Source: an uncultured Chthonomonadaceae bacterium
GTDB lineage: Bacteria > Armatimonadota > Chthonomonadetes > Chthonomonadales > Chthonomonadaceae
Assembly: GCA_963817895.1 (NCBI GenBank)
Contig: CAWFQB010000002.1
Location: 224,001-288,000, forward strand
Length of the DNA stretch: 64,000 nucleotides
Reading direction: 5' to 3'
Shown: in pieces, positions 18,132 through 28,026 of the stretch
Numbering within the stretch: the first letter of the stretch is position 1
How the letters are laid out: each line of letters opens with the position of its first letter
The notes under the pieces: generated by a model
What the model saw: the letters and a program-made list of their open reading frames with translations, nothing else
Databases searched by the model: none
What the model was told of the DNA's origin: nothing
Translations under genes and position numbers: made by a program

Positions 18132-20471
18132 ATGCCACAGACCACAAATCAGACCAACAACACCAGCCTACTTCTGAATATCGCTCCGGTAGAGTTTCAG
18201 GATAGGGAGATCGCAGTGGGCGTATTCGCCTATGCTGACAATCAACAATTGCGCACCCTACGAAGCGAATACCGAGAGACACACCTTTTCCGACGTGAAC
18301 GCAACAATGAGCAAGACGAGATTTTGTGTGTTCCCCTCATTTCAGACGTTGAACCACTGGGTGACAAGACACGAACCATTCGGCTTTACAATCATCTTCA
18401 CCTTTGTGCGGCGCTCGTTCGCGAGGCCATGCTTGAATTTCTCTATAAGCATGGCATCCAGAGTTTTGGGTATGATCCAATCGAGTACGTGGTCAACGCA
18501 GTCGGTGATGATCTCCTGCGCGCCTCGCTACCTTCTGGCGTGGTGGCACCCTCATGGATTTCCGTTAAGGTACTCAACGCATTGACAATCCGCCCGATGC
18601 ACATGGAACGCCAAGCGCCGTTTGTGGGTGTCGCGCTTGACTTTCACGCACAGCACCTTGTGAATGTTCCCTGCGATCAGTTGATTGCAATGGGGTTGAA
18701 CATCAAGGGATTATACGTCAGTCAGGCATTGCCCGAATCAGACCCGCGTGTGTTTCCGCGTGAGCGACTGTTGGGGCGCGTTCAGTCTGTGCAGAATGGA
18801 AAATTGTCGCTTTCAGATGTGCGCCATGACGATGGCCCGGACTGTGTAGAGGCCAGTGCCGTATACCTTGAACCACGTCACGACGCCTTCGATGTATGTC
18901 TGAACCATGCGTTCAAGCAGCGTGTCAGGCAAGTAAGAGACAACCTACACCGCAACCTGCACCAAATTCAAAGTGGCCCAGATAAGTTGGATCGGCTTCG
19001 CAAACGCATGGAAACGCTAACTAACCGCAAGACACCATTGGAAATGCTGCCTGGCATTCCGTTCTCGTTCCAGCCATTTCTCGCGGAGGGGACAAGCAAA
19101 ACGTTTCCGCTCGTGAACCACGCCAAGCGCCCCGTCTACGTGTTCGATCCTACTGGTACGCGCACGGCAGAGTATAATGACCCCGGCATCACCCAATACG
19201 GCCCATACAGTGCCTACGGCAACCTGTTCACGCCGAACCTACCCAACATGGTCGTGATCTGCCAGAAGAACAAAAAGGGACTCGTCGAACAGTTTCTCGC
19301 CAAGTTCAAGACAGGCATCGCCGGGTCGCGTTTTGAGACCGGATTTGTGGGTAAATACCGGTTGGCAGATGTCAACTTCGAGTTTTTCCTTACGGAGACG
19401 GAGAGTGCGGAAGACTATGAGGAAGCGGCAAACCGCGCCATTCACGCCTACGCCAAAGCCGACAAGCGCATCCACTTAGGCTTTGTGCAAATAGAAGACC
19501 GGTATCGTGAATTGCGTGGAGGGACAAATCCCTATTTGGTAACAAAGGCTGCTTTTTTGTCACACCAAATCCCTGTTCAGGAGTTCACCATCCAGAAGGC
19601 GACACAGGAAGACAAATATCTCTCGCATATTCTGAACACGATAGGGCTGGCGGTATATGCCAAACTTGGCGGAACGCCCTGGCTCATGCCATCCAACCGT
19701 GTGATCGCTCACGAACTGGTTTTCGGATTGGGCAGCGCGCAGGTGAATGAAGGACGGTTTGGAGAGCGACGCAGATATGTGGGCATCACCACGGTGTTCA
19801 GTGGAGATGGCAATTACCGTCTCGCCAATCTGTCGCAGGCAGTGCCTCTAAGGAGGTATGAGGAAGCGTTGCTCGACTCCCTGCGGGAAACCGTAACTAA
19901 AGTGCGCGCCGACAATAACTGGCAACCCGGCGACACTGTACGCCTGATATTCCACGCATTCAAACCCATGAAATATGCTGAGATCGACGCCGTAACTGCG
20001 TTGATGGATGAACTTGGCGACTACGAAGTAGAATTCGCCTTTCTACACATTGCCGAGGAACACCCGTACCTCCTGTTCGACCCGGCGCAGAAGGGTGTGT
20101 ATTCCTACGAAATCCGGGCCAATAAAGGCGTATATGCCCCTATGCGCGGCATATACTTCCGCCTTTCCGAACACGAAACTCTGATGTCGCTTGTCGGCGC
20201 GCGTGAAGTTAAAAGACCAGAAGATGGTCTGCCACGTCCAGTGCTTTTGAAACTACATCCACGCTCCACGTTCGCGGATCATATCTATCTCGCCCGCCAA
20301 GTTTTTATGTTTTCCTGTCACTCATGGCGAAATTTTACGCCTGGCGCACACCCAGTTACGATTCATTATTCATCGCTGATAGCACGTATGCTCGGCGAAT
20401 TGGAAACAGTGCCGACGTGGAATCCAAACGTTATGTATGGAAGGATTGGCGAAACAAGGTGGTTCCTATAA
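18132..20471 (+). CDS. ago: Long-B prokaryotic Argonaute (RsAgo-like, catalytically inactive PIWI)
   Basis: 779 aa; MID NPYLVTK..IPVQ..YAKLGG; PIWI HELVFGLG, GITTVFSGDG, WQPGDTVRLIFHA, PVTIHYS; ends RWFL; no DEDX tetrad. Confidence 0.92.
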   Translation: MPQTTNQTNNTSLLLNIAPVEFQDREIAVGVFAYADNQQLRTLRSEYRETHLFRRERNNEQDEILCVPLISDVEPLGDKTRTIRLYNHLHLCAALVREAMLEFLYKHGIQSFGYDPIEYVVNAVGDDLLRASLPSGVVAPSWISVKVLNALTIRPMHMERQAPFVGVALDFHAQHLVNVPCDQLIAMGLNIKGLYVSQALPESDPRVFPRERLLGRVQSVQNGKLSLSDVRHDDGPDCVEASAVYLEPRHDAFDVCLNHAFKQRVRQVRDNLHRNLHQIQSGPDKLDRLRKRMETLTNRKTPLEMLPGIPFSFQPFLAEGTSKTFPLVNHAKRPVYVFDPTGTRTAEYNDPGITQYGPYSAYGNLFTPNLPNMVVICQKNKKGLVEQFLAKFKTGIAGSRFETGFVGKYRLADVNFEFFLTETESAEDYEEAANRAIHAYAKADKRIHLGFVQIEDRYRELRGGTNPYLVTKAAFLSHQIPVQEFTIQKATQEDKYLSHILNTIGLAVYAKLGGTPWLMPSNRVIAHELVFGLGSAQVNEGRFGERRRYVGITTVFSGDGNYRLANLSQAVPLRRYEEALLDSLRETVTKVRADNNWQPGDTVRLIFHAFKPMKYAEIDAVTALMDELGDYEVEFAFLHIAEEHPYLLFDPAQKGVYSYEIRANKGVYAPMRGIYFRLSEHETLMSLVGAREVKRPEDGLPRPVLLKLHPRSTFADHIYLARQVFMFSCHSWRNFTPGAHPVTIHYSSLIARMLGELETVPTWNPNVMYGRIGETRWFL

Positions 20472-21682
20472 GCAAAACAAGCAGTATTCTTTTCAGCGAT
20501 GTACGGGCAACACTGGCACGGGTGGCACAACAAGCCGAAGGCCGCAATGATGCCGTAGAAGCCGCTTGCGCATGGTTGCTCCCCGGTCTGGATACAGTCT
20601 CAAGACTGGCAACAATGGCAGAACACGCGGCTACCTGTAAAGGGCAGATGCGCTCCTACAAACAGGTTGCCGTCTTAGGGTATGCGGCAAGTCTGTTGCT
20701 GGACAAGTTCCAACAGCAGGCTGCACTCGAAAATGGTCTGAAATGGCTTTCTGGCTTGCCTGCTATGAGTGCGGGCGCACTTATGGGCTTCGCCACTGAT
20801 CCCGTCTCGTTGCTTGGTATCGCACTCGGAACAAGATGCGCTTGTGATGAAGTAAAGTCTGCCGTACGGAATTGGGCTGCTAAATTTCTTTCTGACGAGT
20901 ATAACGCTCTGGGTACGGAACCGTGGCACAGTTGCTTGCTGGCGGTCACAGCACAGATTTTAACAATAGAACCTGTGTTACCCATTCCCATTGAGACGGA
21001 AGCAGCGTGTGTGCGGGTCGCCATGCGATCAAAAGGATTATTGCCTGCAAACTCCTCGAATGAAGCGGACGAGGAGTTTGTCTTAACACTTCTGAAAGAA
21101 AGCCGTGCTACAGAAACGGATTGCACCCATGCTGCCATTCAGATGGTCGCACTCGACTGGATTAGGCGCAAAGCGCCAACCGTTATACCAGCGCGCATGA
21201 CGCCTGAAGATGTCGTCAGTCTGTTGAAACATACGGAGTTCGCCCTCAAGCGTTGGACTTGGGAGGACAAGCCCAAAACCACAACAGGAATCGCTCGACA
21301 GTGGCACATAGACAATGAGTACCATTTGCAAAATCTGCTGTGGACACTCCTCGCCCCCATATTTCCTGACCTCACAGACGAGGAATATACCATTCAACTC
21401 GGCTCTAAAAATCCTCGCATTGATCTTGGCATTCCTTCCCTCAAATTGATCATTGAAGCAAAATTCATGCGCATGGGCGACCCGCCGAAAAAGTTTATTG
21501 AGGAGATTGCGGCAGACGCCAGCCTTTATTTGGTGGAAGGGGCGCGGTACAACCAGATTGTCGCTATTATTTGGGATGACACAGCACGCACAAACCTGCA
21601 CACAGAGATGATACGCGCTATGAACCAGATTGATGGTGTGCTGGATGCCGTAGTTGTGTCCCGCCCAGGAAACTGGACATGA
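20459..21682 (+). CDS. Argonaute-associated PD-(D/E)XK nuclease (C-terminal DpnII/MboI-like REase domain)
   Basis: NEYHLQNLL..F.DL.DEE..RIDL..IIEAK..EEIAAD..Y; GTG 20459 overlaps the ago stop, ggaagga upstream. Confidence 0.8.
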   Translation: MVPISKTSSILFSDVRATLARVAQQAEGRNDAVEAACAWLLPGLDTVSRLATMAEHAATCKGQMRSYKQVAVLGYAASLLLDKFQQQAALENGLKWLSGLPAMSAGALMGFATDPVSLLGIALGTRCACDEVKSAVRNWAAKFLSDEYNALGTEPWHSCLLAVTAQILTIEPVLPIPIETEAACVRVAMRSKGLLPANSSNEADEEFVLTLLKESRATETDCTHAAIQMVALDWIRRKAPTVIPARMTPEDVVSLLKHTEFALKRWTWEDKPKTTTGIARQWHIDNEYHLQNLLWTLLAPIFPDLTDEEYTIQLGSKNPRIDLGIPSLKLIIEAKFMRMGDPPKKFIEEIAADASLYLVEGARYNQIVAIIWDDTARTNLHTEMIRAMNQIDGVLDAVVVSRPGNWT

Positions 21683-21783
21683 GGCGGCGGAATATCAACT
21701 GCACCAGAGTATATTCCAATACAAGCACCCGACTATCTCGCACCACGCCGCTCCGGTGCTAGTTTCCACTGCACACATAATAA

Positions 21784-21815
21784 AAGCGGGACTGCAAATT
21801 TTTGCAGTCCCGCTT
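21784..21815. terminator. 15-bp stem hairpin between convergent genes
   Basis: aagcgggactgcaaa-tt-tttgcagtcccgctt. Confidence 0.65.
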
Positions 21816-21860
21816 GAACGAAATAGAAGGTTGTTCACTTCCTGACCTTGCGGCATGTAC

Positions 21861-23237
21861 CTAAACGCTGTGAACGACATCAGGTTTCGCTGAAGTTGCA
21901 ACGCCACTGGTCATGGCTTGTGTGTTGGTCAGGTGGGCGGCTTCGGCGAGCCAGCCGGTCAAAGGTGCTGCGATGTCAGTTGTATTGTGGTTTTCGCGCC
22001 TCAACCTGATTTGGACATGAACGCAATTGCCACGCCATTCATATTGACTACAAAACAGGGCTGTCACCTTTTCTCGATATGCACTGACCATGAACTCGGC
22101 GACGGCACGCACAAACACTGCTCGGTCAGTACCTTTATAGAGGTAGATGGAAGGCAAAAGGCGTATTGTCCACTGTCTGGCTGGCAATAGTTCAATGGTG
22201 TAAAGCCCCGTGTTCGGATTATGCTCGAAGTCCAGCGCAAACCGTGCTGGCTCACAGTTGAGTAGATTGAGCGTTTGGAGTAGCCCTTGATCCAGAAACA
22301 GCCTTGCCGCATCCGGCTTGGGGGTGGGCTTGGGCCGCGTTGGGTGCGCGGCTTCTGCAAGCCAGTGCGCGAGCGCTCCGCGAGGTGGCGTCTCGTCGTC
22401 TGTATTGCGGGACATAGATGCGAAACTTATTGTGTCGTCGTGGAACTTGCTGGCGTAGGGGTAACGCGCATACAAGTCGGCGATGGCGCGTGCAAACATC
22501 GCCGGATCATCGCCCTCGTACATTACTTCAAACGCTTCTGGTGACATTGGTTGCAGACGCGACGCGTGCAACCTCTGATTATCGCGTACTTTGATGCAGA
22601 ATAGCCCATCCTTTGTACCGATTCCATTGATATGATGATGCACAAATTTGATGTAAAAATCCGCATCAGGATGGTCAAGTCCAAGCGTTTTCAGAAAAGC
22701 CACGATGCCGCGCCTTCGTAGTCTGTGGGGGCGGTTCTTCTCCTCACGTATCTGCCTCTTGAGCGAAACAGCCAGTTGAAAGTCCGGGCTTCCAGGGGCC
22801 AGATCAATGGCCTCTTTGCGCTTCTCCAACGGCTGGATATAAGGAGCCGCTCCTCTTTTTATTTTTGCAAAAGGATCGGCATTTTCGCAGACAGAACAAA
22901 CATTGCTGCATCCAAATCCCCCGTCTTGCACGACATCGCAGCGAGTAATGTAGGGCGAAGCCATAAGTCTTTGAAACAAGTACATCATTTCCATCCAAGA
23001 CAAGTTCTCAAGCCGCAGAAAGGGCGTGGAAACCGAACACATGCCCGGCTCACCGACAACATCTGACCTTCCCCCTTTCTTTCGTTCCACACTGAAGCGA
23101 ATCGGCGTCTTGGCCTCTTGCATGGCGTCATAAACCAGGCTGCGTCCATCCTCGGACAAGCGATAGCGTGTGGGGTTGATGGCCCCGGTTTCATCTCGCA
23201 GAGAGTTGAGCAAACGATGAATGCGTCCCATTTTCAA
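21861..23237 (-). CDS. Hypothetical protein, paralog copy 1
   Basis: 458-aa ORF nearly colinear with 25756..27100. Confidence 0.75.
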   Translation of the reverse strand: MKMGRIHRLLNSLRDETGAINPTRYRLSEDGRSLVYDAMQEAKTPIRFSVERKKGGRSDVVGEPGMCSVSTPFLRLENLSWMEMMYLFQRLMASPYITRCDVVQDGGFGCSNVCSVCENADPFAKIKRGAAPYIQPLEKRKEAIDLAPGSPDFQLAVSLKRQIREEKNRPHRLRRRGIVAFLKTLGLDHPDADFYIKFVHHHINGIGTKDGLFCIKVRDNQRLHASRLQPMSPEAFEVMYEGDDPAMFARAIADLYARYPYASKFHDDTISFASMSRNTDDETPPRGALAHWLAEAAHPTRPKPTPKPDAARLFLDQGLLQTLNLLNCEPARFALDFEHNPNTGLYTIELLPARQWTIRLLPSIYLYKGTDRAVFVRAVAEFMVSAYREKVTALFCSQYEWRGNCVHVQIRLRRENHNTTDIAAPLTGWLAEAAHLTNTQAMTSGVATSAKPDVVHSV

Positions 23238-23292
23238 ACTCCTTTTGCCGTTTGTTGTAATCTGCCCGCGTGGGCAGGCGCGCTACAGCCAT

Positions 23293-23327
23293 AGAAATGA
23301 CCACCTTGCCATTAGGTGGTCATTTCT
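23293..23327. terminator. 14-bp stem hairpin
   Basis: agaaatgaccacct-tgccatt-aggtggtcatttct. Confidence 0.5.
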
Positions 23328-23370
23328 GGCATCTTGTATTGTGGTATGCGGTGCAACGCCGCCCTTTGCA

Positions 23371-24132
23371 TCACTTGAATGTGGCAGGCTGGACGATGTA
23401 TTTGAATTTCGTGTCATCGGTCTCGAAGCCGAATTGATCAAACTCGATGTCATCTAGGGAGGCTGGCAAGGCAATGTGTTCCTCCTTCGCGCGTTCGTTG
23501 TACACGAGCAGGCTATCTTGATTCACAGTCAAGATGGGAGCCACATGTTCCGGTCGCTTGGAACTGTTCTTGTGACGAATGACGATGGCCTTCACACGCG
23601 ATAGGTAGTCGCGTAATGCCCCCATGCTCGCAAAGGGACATACCCACCACTCGGCATCAGGAACCTCCTTCCACTTCTCATGCAGTTCCATAAAGGCTTC
23701 GTAATGCGCCTGGCTTATTTTGATCTCGTGGGGCTTTAACTCTTTGCGTCGTTCGTCGGAGAGAAGGTCAAATGGCGTCTCATTGGGCCATGGCATCAGG
23801 ATAACTCCATTGGTTTGCATGGTCGGGCGAATGTGGTAATGAGGATAGGGCCGCGCTCTGGCAATGAAAGACATGTGGAACTGATTACTGACAAACGAAC
23901 ACTGATCTTGCGACCAGCCCTGCTCGAAGGTGTCGTCGAGCAACGCGTAAAGCACCTTCAGTGCTTCATTAATCTTGGCATGGCGCTTGCGGCTTGCTTT
24001 GTACACCACAGTTCCGTCTTTGCGGATTTGCACCAAGTCAGGCCAACACTGAAATGAGACGGAATAATTCTGTCGGTCGCTGATCCTGTGCTCGGCGGAA
24101 ATTTGCTCGCCCAAATTGTTGTCAGTGGTCAT
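23371..24132 (-). CDS. Hypothetical protein
   Basis: 253-aa ORF with aaggagg RBS. Confidence 0.7.
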   Translation of the reverse strand: MTTDNNLGEQISAEHRISDRQNYSVSFQCWPDLVQIRKDGTVVYKASRKRHAKINEALKVLYALLDDTFEQGWSQDQCSFVSNQFHMSFIARARPYPHYHIRPTMQTNGVILMPWPNETPFDLLSDERRKELKPHEIKISQAHYEAFMELHEKWKEVPDAEWWVCPFASMGALRDYLSRVKAIVIRHKNSSKRPEHVAPILTVNQDSLLVYNERAKEEHIALPASLDDIEFDQFGFETDDTKFKYIVQPATFK

Positions 24133-24171
24133 TATTTTCCTCCTTCTCTGGCATTATTCCAGAACATAGTT

Positions 24172-24918
24172 TTAGTAGTTGACAGTGTGCGAGTCTGGAG
24201 CGGCTCCGGCTTCGATCAAAACATGCGCCGTGTCGGGAACGCCATACAGCAGCGCATAATAGAGCGCGCTTTTGTCATTGTTGTCGCAGGCGTTGACATC
24301 AGCCTGATGCGCGAGCAGACAAGACACGATTTCGGTGTTCCCTCTGGACGCGGCATACATCAGCGCAGTGCAGCCTCTTTCATCGCGCGCTTCGATGTCG
24401 CTTCCTCCGTCGAGTAATGCTTGCACGACCGCCTCTCTGTTGCACCATGCCGCGTATTGTAAGGGCGTAAGTCCAAGTTCATTTCGCGCCTCCAAATCGT
24501 GGGCCGCCGCCACAACCAAGTGATTGATTCGGGGTGAGAAACCCATGAGCGAATGCAGTTCAGTGTTGCCGTCCGCCTGTTTTGCGCTGGGATCGATTCC
24601 CAGTTGGCAGAGGACTTCCACAACCTCCACCCTGTCGCATATCTCTGCCAGGCGGAGAAGTGTCATCGACTTATGCACGGGATGGTAAATGTCCACTCCC
24701 TGCTCAATCAAAAATCGCACTTGCTCCACGTTGCCAGTCAGTACCGCGTTGCCCATTGGCGTATAGCCGCCCTCCCCAACAGCGTACAAGTCGGCCTCGT
24801 TGGATGGCTCGGCTTTGCGGAAGTGGGCGGCAATGGTGAGGGAAGTGACTGCACTCCGGGATGATTTCCAATTGCGGATTACATTCTTGCGCGTGCGTTG
24901 TGTTTGTCTCGTAGGCAT
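24172..24918 (-). CDS. Ankyrin-repeat protein
   Basis: G.TPL..AA..G..E.V..LL..GAD.NA.D repeats; ATG 24918 after aaggag. Confidence 0.88.
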   Translation of the reverse strand: MPTRQTQRTRKNVIRNWKSSRSAVTSLTIAAHFRKAEPSNEADLYAVGEGGYTPMGNAVLTGNVEQVRFLIEQGVDIYHPVHKSMTLLRLAEICDRVEVVEVLCQLGIDPSAKQADGNTELHSLMGFSPRINHLVVAAAHDLEARNELGLTPLQYAAWCNREAVVQALLDGGSDIEARDERGCTALMYAASRGNTEIVSCLLAHQADVNACDNNDKSALYYALLYGVPDTAHVLIEAGAAPDSHTVNY

Positions 24919-25209
24919 TTCTGTCTCCTTGTTGTGCGGCTTGGTCATTTGTATTGCGATGATTGCGATAGTAGCGTAATAGAGCCGTCTGCTCGCCATC
25001 AATTCCTAAATCCTCAACGTCAACTTGCGCTTGGTTGGCTTGGTCATCGGCCCAACTGCCAAGCAAAGGTATAGTTGTAGGCAACGAGGAAAAGGAAGTC
25101 GTATCATGTGGCAAGGGGCAGGAAGCCCGCACAACCGCCTGCCCCGCCTTGCCCAATTTAATAGAAACACCCGAAATCCGTACTTGCGCATCCGGGCGTA
25201 AATTTCGAT

Positions 25210-25419
25210 TTAGCACACTTCCGGCGAATTATCCGCCTTCCAGCACACCTCACATCGAGTGCGCTTGGGCACACGCAGCGTGCCCTGTCGGTACACCGTA
25301 TGTCCACATTGCAAGATCAAACGATGTGAGCCGACAGCCTGCCGTTGGGTTGCTCGTTTTTCCAGTTTGTTTTCCACCACCTTACGCAGGTAGGAAGACG
25401 GGCGTGAACACTTGGACAT
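25210..25419 (-). CDS. Small zinc-ribbon-like protein
   Basis: LQCGH...RCEVC; strong RBS; a degenerate paralog lies at ~29160-29341. Confidence 0.6.
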   Translation of the reverse strand: MSKCSRPSSYLRKVVENKLEKRATQRQAVGSHRLILQCGHTVYRQGTLRVPKRTRCEVCWKADNSPEVC

Positions 25420-25487
25420 ATTCCTCTCCTTTCTTCTCCATAAGGCCGCACCAAAATGTGTCAGCCTTCAATGTCGCTGTCGCCCAG

Positions 25488-25528
25488 TGTTGAACGCCCA
25501 CGTAAAATATTTACGTGGGCGTTCAACA
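25488..25528. repeat. Perfect 19-bp-arm palindrome
   Basis: tgttgaacgcccacgtaaa-ata-tttacgtgggcgttcaaca. Confidence 0.9.
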
Positions 25529-25546
25529 TGATCTTTGGGCATCTCT

Positions 25547-25620
25547 CAGTCTTCGGAAGCCAGCATGATGGTTGCGCTGCTTCGATCCGCTTTGTCAACA
25601 CATAGATTTTCTCCGAGCGC
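25547..25620 (-). pseudogene. 3' remnant of a paralog of 27757..28026
   Basis: RSEKIYVLT/KADRSSATIMLASED* versus RDEKIYVITEADRSATTIMLAGEN*. Confidence 0.65.
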
Positions 25621-25755
25621 ACCCCGGATCAGTGTCGGATACCGATCATAGGAAAAGGTGACACTCTGCAAAGACCAGGGCGAGCCGTCCGCGCAGCCAA
25701 TGGACGCCTGCCCTTCAACTGATGTGAGGGGTAAACCACCCCATCTGCAACGTTA

Positions 25756-27100
25756 TCATCGTTGATCCGACTCACTTGCCGTTGGAAGCCGCGCTGCCTC
25801 CTCAAGCCAGCCCGTTAAAGGTGCTTTGATGTCGGTGATATGGTAGTTTTTGTGCCTCAACCTGATTTTTACATGAACGGTGTTGCCAGCCAAATCAGAA
25901 TGTCCGCAGTACAGGGATGTAACCTTCTCTCGATAGGCGCTTTCCATGAACTCAGCCACGGCGCGCACAAACACCGCTCGGTCAGTGCCATTATAGAGGT
26001 AGATGGAAGGCAGAACCCGTATTGTCCACTCGCGGGCAGGCAATAGTGTAATGGTGTAAAACCCCGTTTTCGGATTATGCTCGAATTCCAAAGCAAAACG
26101 TGCTGGTTCACAGTTGAGTAGATTAAGGGTGTGAACTAATCCCTCTACCAGAAAGCAGGCTCGCCATATCCGGCTTCGGGGCGGGCTTGGGCCGCGTTGG
26201 TTGCGCGGCCTCGGCAAGCCACTGTGTGAGCATTCCGGGTGGCGGCATCTCGTCGTCTATGGAGACGCGAGACGAAGTGAATGTTAGTTCGCAGCCATGT
26301 GTATCAAGGGAATGCTGGTGGAATTTGCTGGCGCAGGGATAATGTGTATGAAGGTCGGCGATGGCGCGGGCAAACATCGCGGGATCATCGCCCTCATAGA
26401 GCATGACAAACGCTTCGGGCGAATTTGGTTGCAGACGCGATGCACGTATCTGGTGGTTATCGCGTACCCTGATGTTGAACACCCCATCCTTTGTGCCGAT
26501 CTCATCGATGTGATGGTGCAGGAATCCGATGGAGAAATCTGCGTCCGGTTGATCGAGTCCAAGCGTTTGCAGAAAAGCCATGATGCCGCGTCGTCGTAGC
26601 CTATGGGGGCGGTTCTTCTCCTCGCGCACCTGCTTTTTGAGCGAAACGGCAAGTTGAAAGTCCGCGCTTCCAGGAGTGAGATCAATGGTATCCTGGCGCG
26701 TTCCCCACTTTCCTCCGCTGGGAACATACTGTGTGGAGGCGATCAACGGATTAGGGGTTTCTGTCACCGTTATTCTTGGCACAAAACCCTGTATGCTACC
26801 TGAGTGTATGTTGCAGCGGGTGATGAAGGGAGATGCCACTATTTGTTGGTGCAAGTAGACAACTTCCAGCCAAGAGAGATCGCGCAGGCACATCCCCGGA
26901 CACGAAATGGAGTAACCACAGGGGACAGGCCGTATGTCACGTTCGATGCGATGTTTAATGTGAAAGTGGAGGGGTGTCTTCGGCGGTAACGTCGCGTCAT
27001 AAAGCAGGCTGCGCCCATCCCCGGACAAGCGATAGCAGGTGGGGTTGACAGTGCCGGTTTCATCTCGCAGATAATTGAGCAAACGATGGATGCGTCCCAT
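25756..27100 (-). CDS. Hypothetical protein, paralog copy 2 (frameshift ~26150)
   Basis: ORFs 26123..27100 plus 25756..26217 together match 21861..23237. Confidence 0.7.
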
Positions 27101-27291
27101 TTTGGGTTCTCCTTTGGTCGGTCTGTTGCCAGCCGCCTTCTGTGGCAGCGATGACAGTGCAGACAGGGCAGTGTTCCTTGATCAGTGCGGAATGGTAGGC
27201 GCGACCGATGCAGGGCTGACCGCACATCAGCCCTGCGGCGGTGGTGTGGGAGGGCAGGCGATCCCGCACAGAAGCACCCGCGATTATTTCC

Positions 27292-27344
27292 CACAATATA
27301 TCTAGTCAAGCCCAGAATCGATATTTCTGAATCCTCGCCATTTT
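27292..27344. repeat. Conserved 53-bp intergenic element, copy 1
   Basis: cacaatatatctag.caag....a..tcgatatttctgaatc.tcgcc.tttt; 46/53 identical to 29044-29096. Confidence 0.85.
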
Positions 27345-27709
27345 TAGCCCCTTTTGGGCTTCGTCTGAAAACTTTTTTCGGCAAGCGTAAATTGCCTACA
27401 GAAACCCGGTCATAACGAATGTATATGACACGGCTGCAAGCGCGCAAGGTATCGAGGCAGCAGGGTTCCGAAGGAATGCGGATGCGTTGGGTGCAGCCCA
27501 GGCTGATGCCGGGCCTGATCTTGCGCACAGCCATCCGAGGCAAGTGAGGATTGATATTTGGCGGTTTGTTGCTGTGATGCGGCTGGCGGAAGTGGTAGAT
27601 GTGCTCAACCTTTAATATAAGGGCGTGGTGGGCGTGGCATCGCTGGCGACGGCAGAAAAGCATGTTCCGACTCGAATTGCCTTTGGTGCGCCCGATCATT
27701 ATGAATCCA

Positions 27710-27743
27710 AAAACCCCGGATGAAATTTTTCATCCGGGGTTTT
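27710..27743. terminator. Bidirectional intrinsic terminator-like hairpin
   Basis: aaaaccccggatgaaa-tt-tttcatccggggtttt. Confidence 0.7.
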
Positions 27744-27756
27744 GTTTGTTTCAGAA

Positions 27757-28026
27757 TCAGTTCTCGCCAGCCAGCATGATCGTTGTGGCACTTCGATCCG
27801 CCTCGGTGATGACGTAGATTTTCTCGTCGCGCACAAAGTACACAGAAAGCAAGCGTCCGCCTTCCACCAGCGCCTCCTCATTGCGCTGCCAATCATCAGG
27901 AGTCACGTCGCCCCAATCCCCTCTGTGGTGGCGCTCAAATAGGCTTTGGGGCGTGACACCAGCCTCCTCAAGCAGTGCCACTACCGTCGCCGTGCCCACT
28001 GTCCTACCCATTTCAAACAGGCTCAT
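27757..28026 (-). CDS. Small plasmid/ICE-associated protein (GDWGD family)
   Basis: LFERHHRGDWGD..D...NEEAL..GGRLLSVY..KIYVITEADRSATTIML. Confidence 0.8.
   Translation of the reverse strand: MSLFEMGRTVGTATVVALLEEAGVTPQSLFERHHRGDWGDVTPDDWQRNEEALVEGGRLLSVYFVRDEKIYVITEADRSATTIMLAGEN

Noticed and set aside
20324..20458. 148-nt overlap of the nuclease ORF with ago
   Set aside because: GTG 20459 with an RBS gives an ordinary short overlap.
27285..27310. Minus strand TTGACTAGATATATTGTGG resembles T-DNA border / IncP nic sites (TGGCAGGATATATTGTGG)
   Set aside because: The core YATCCTG is changed to TATCTAG in both copies and no relaxase is present in the window; treated as probable coincidence.
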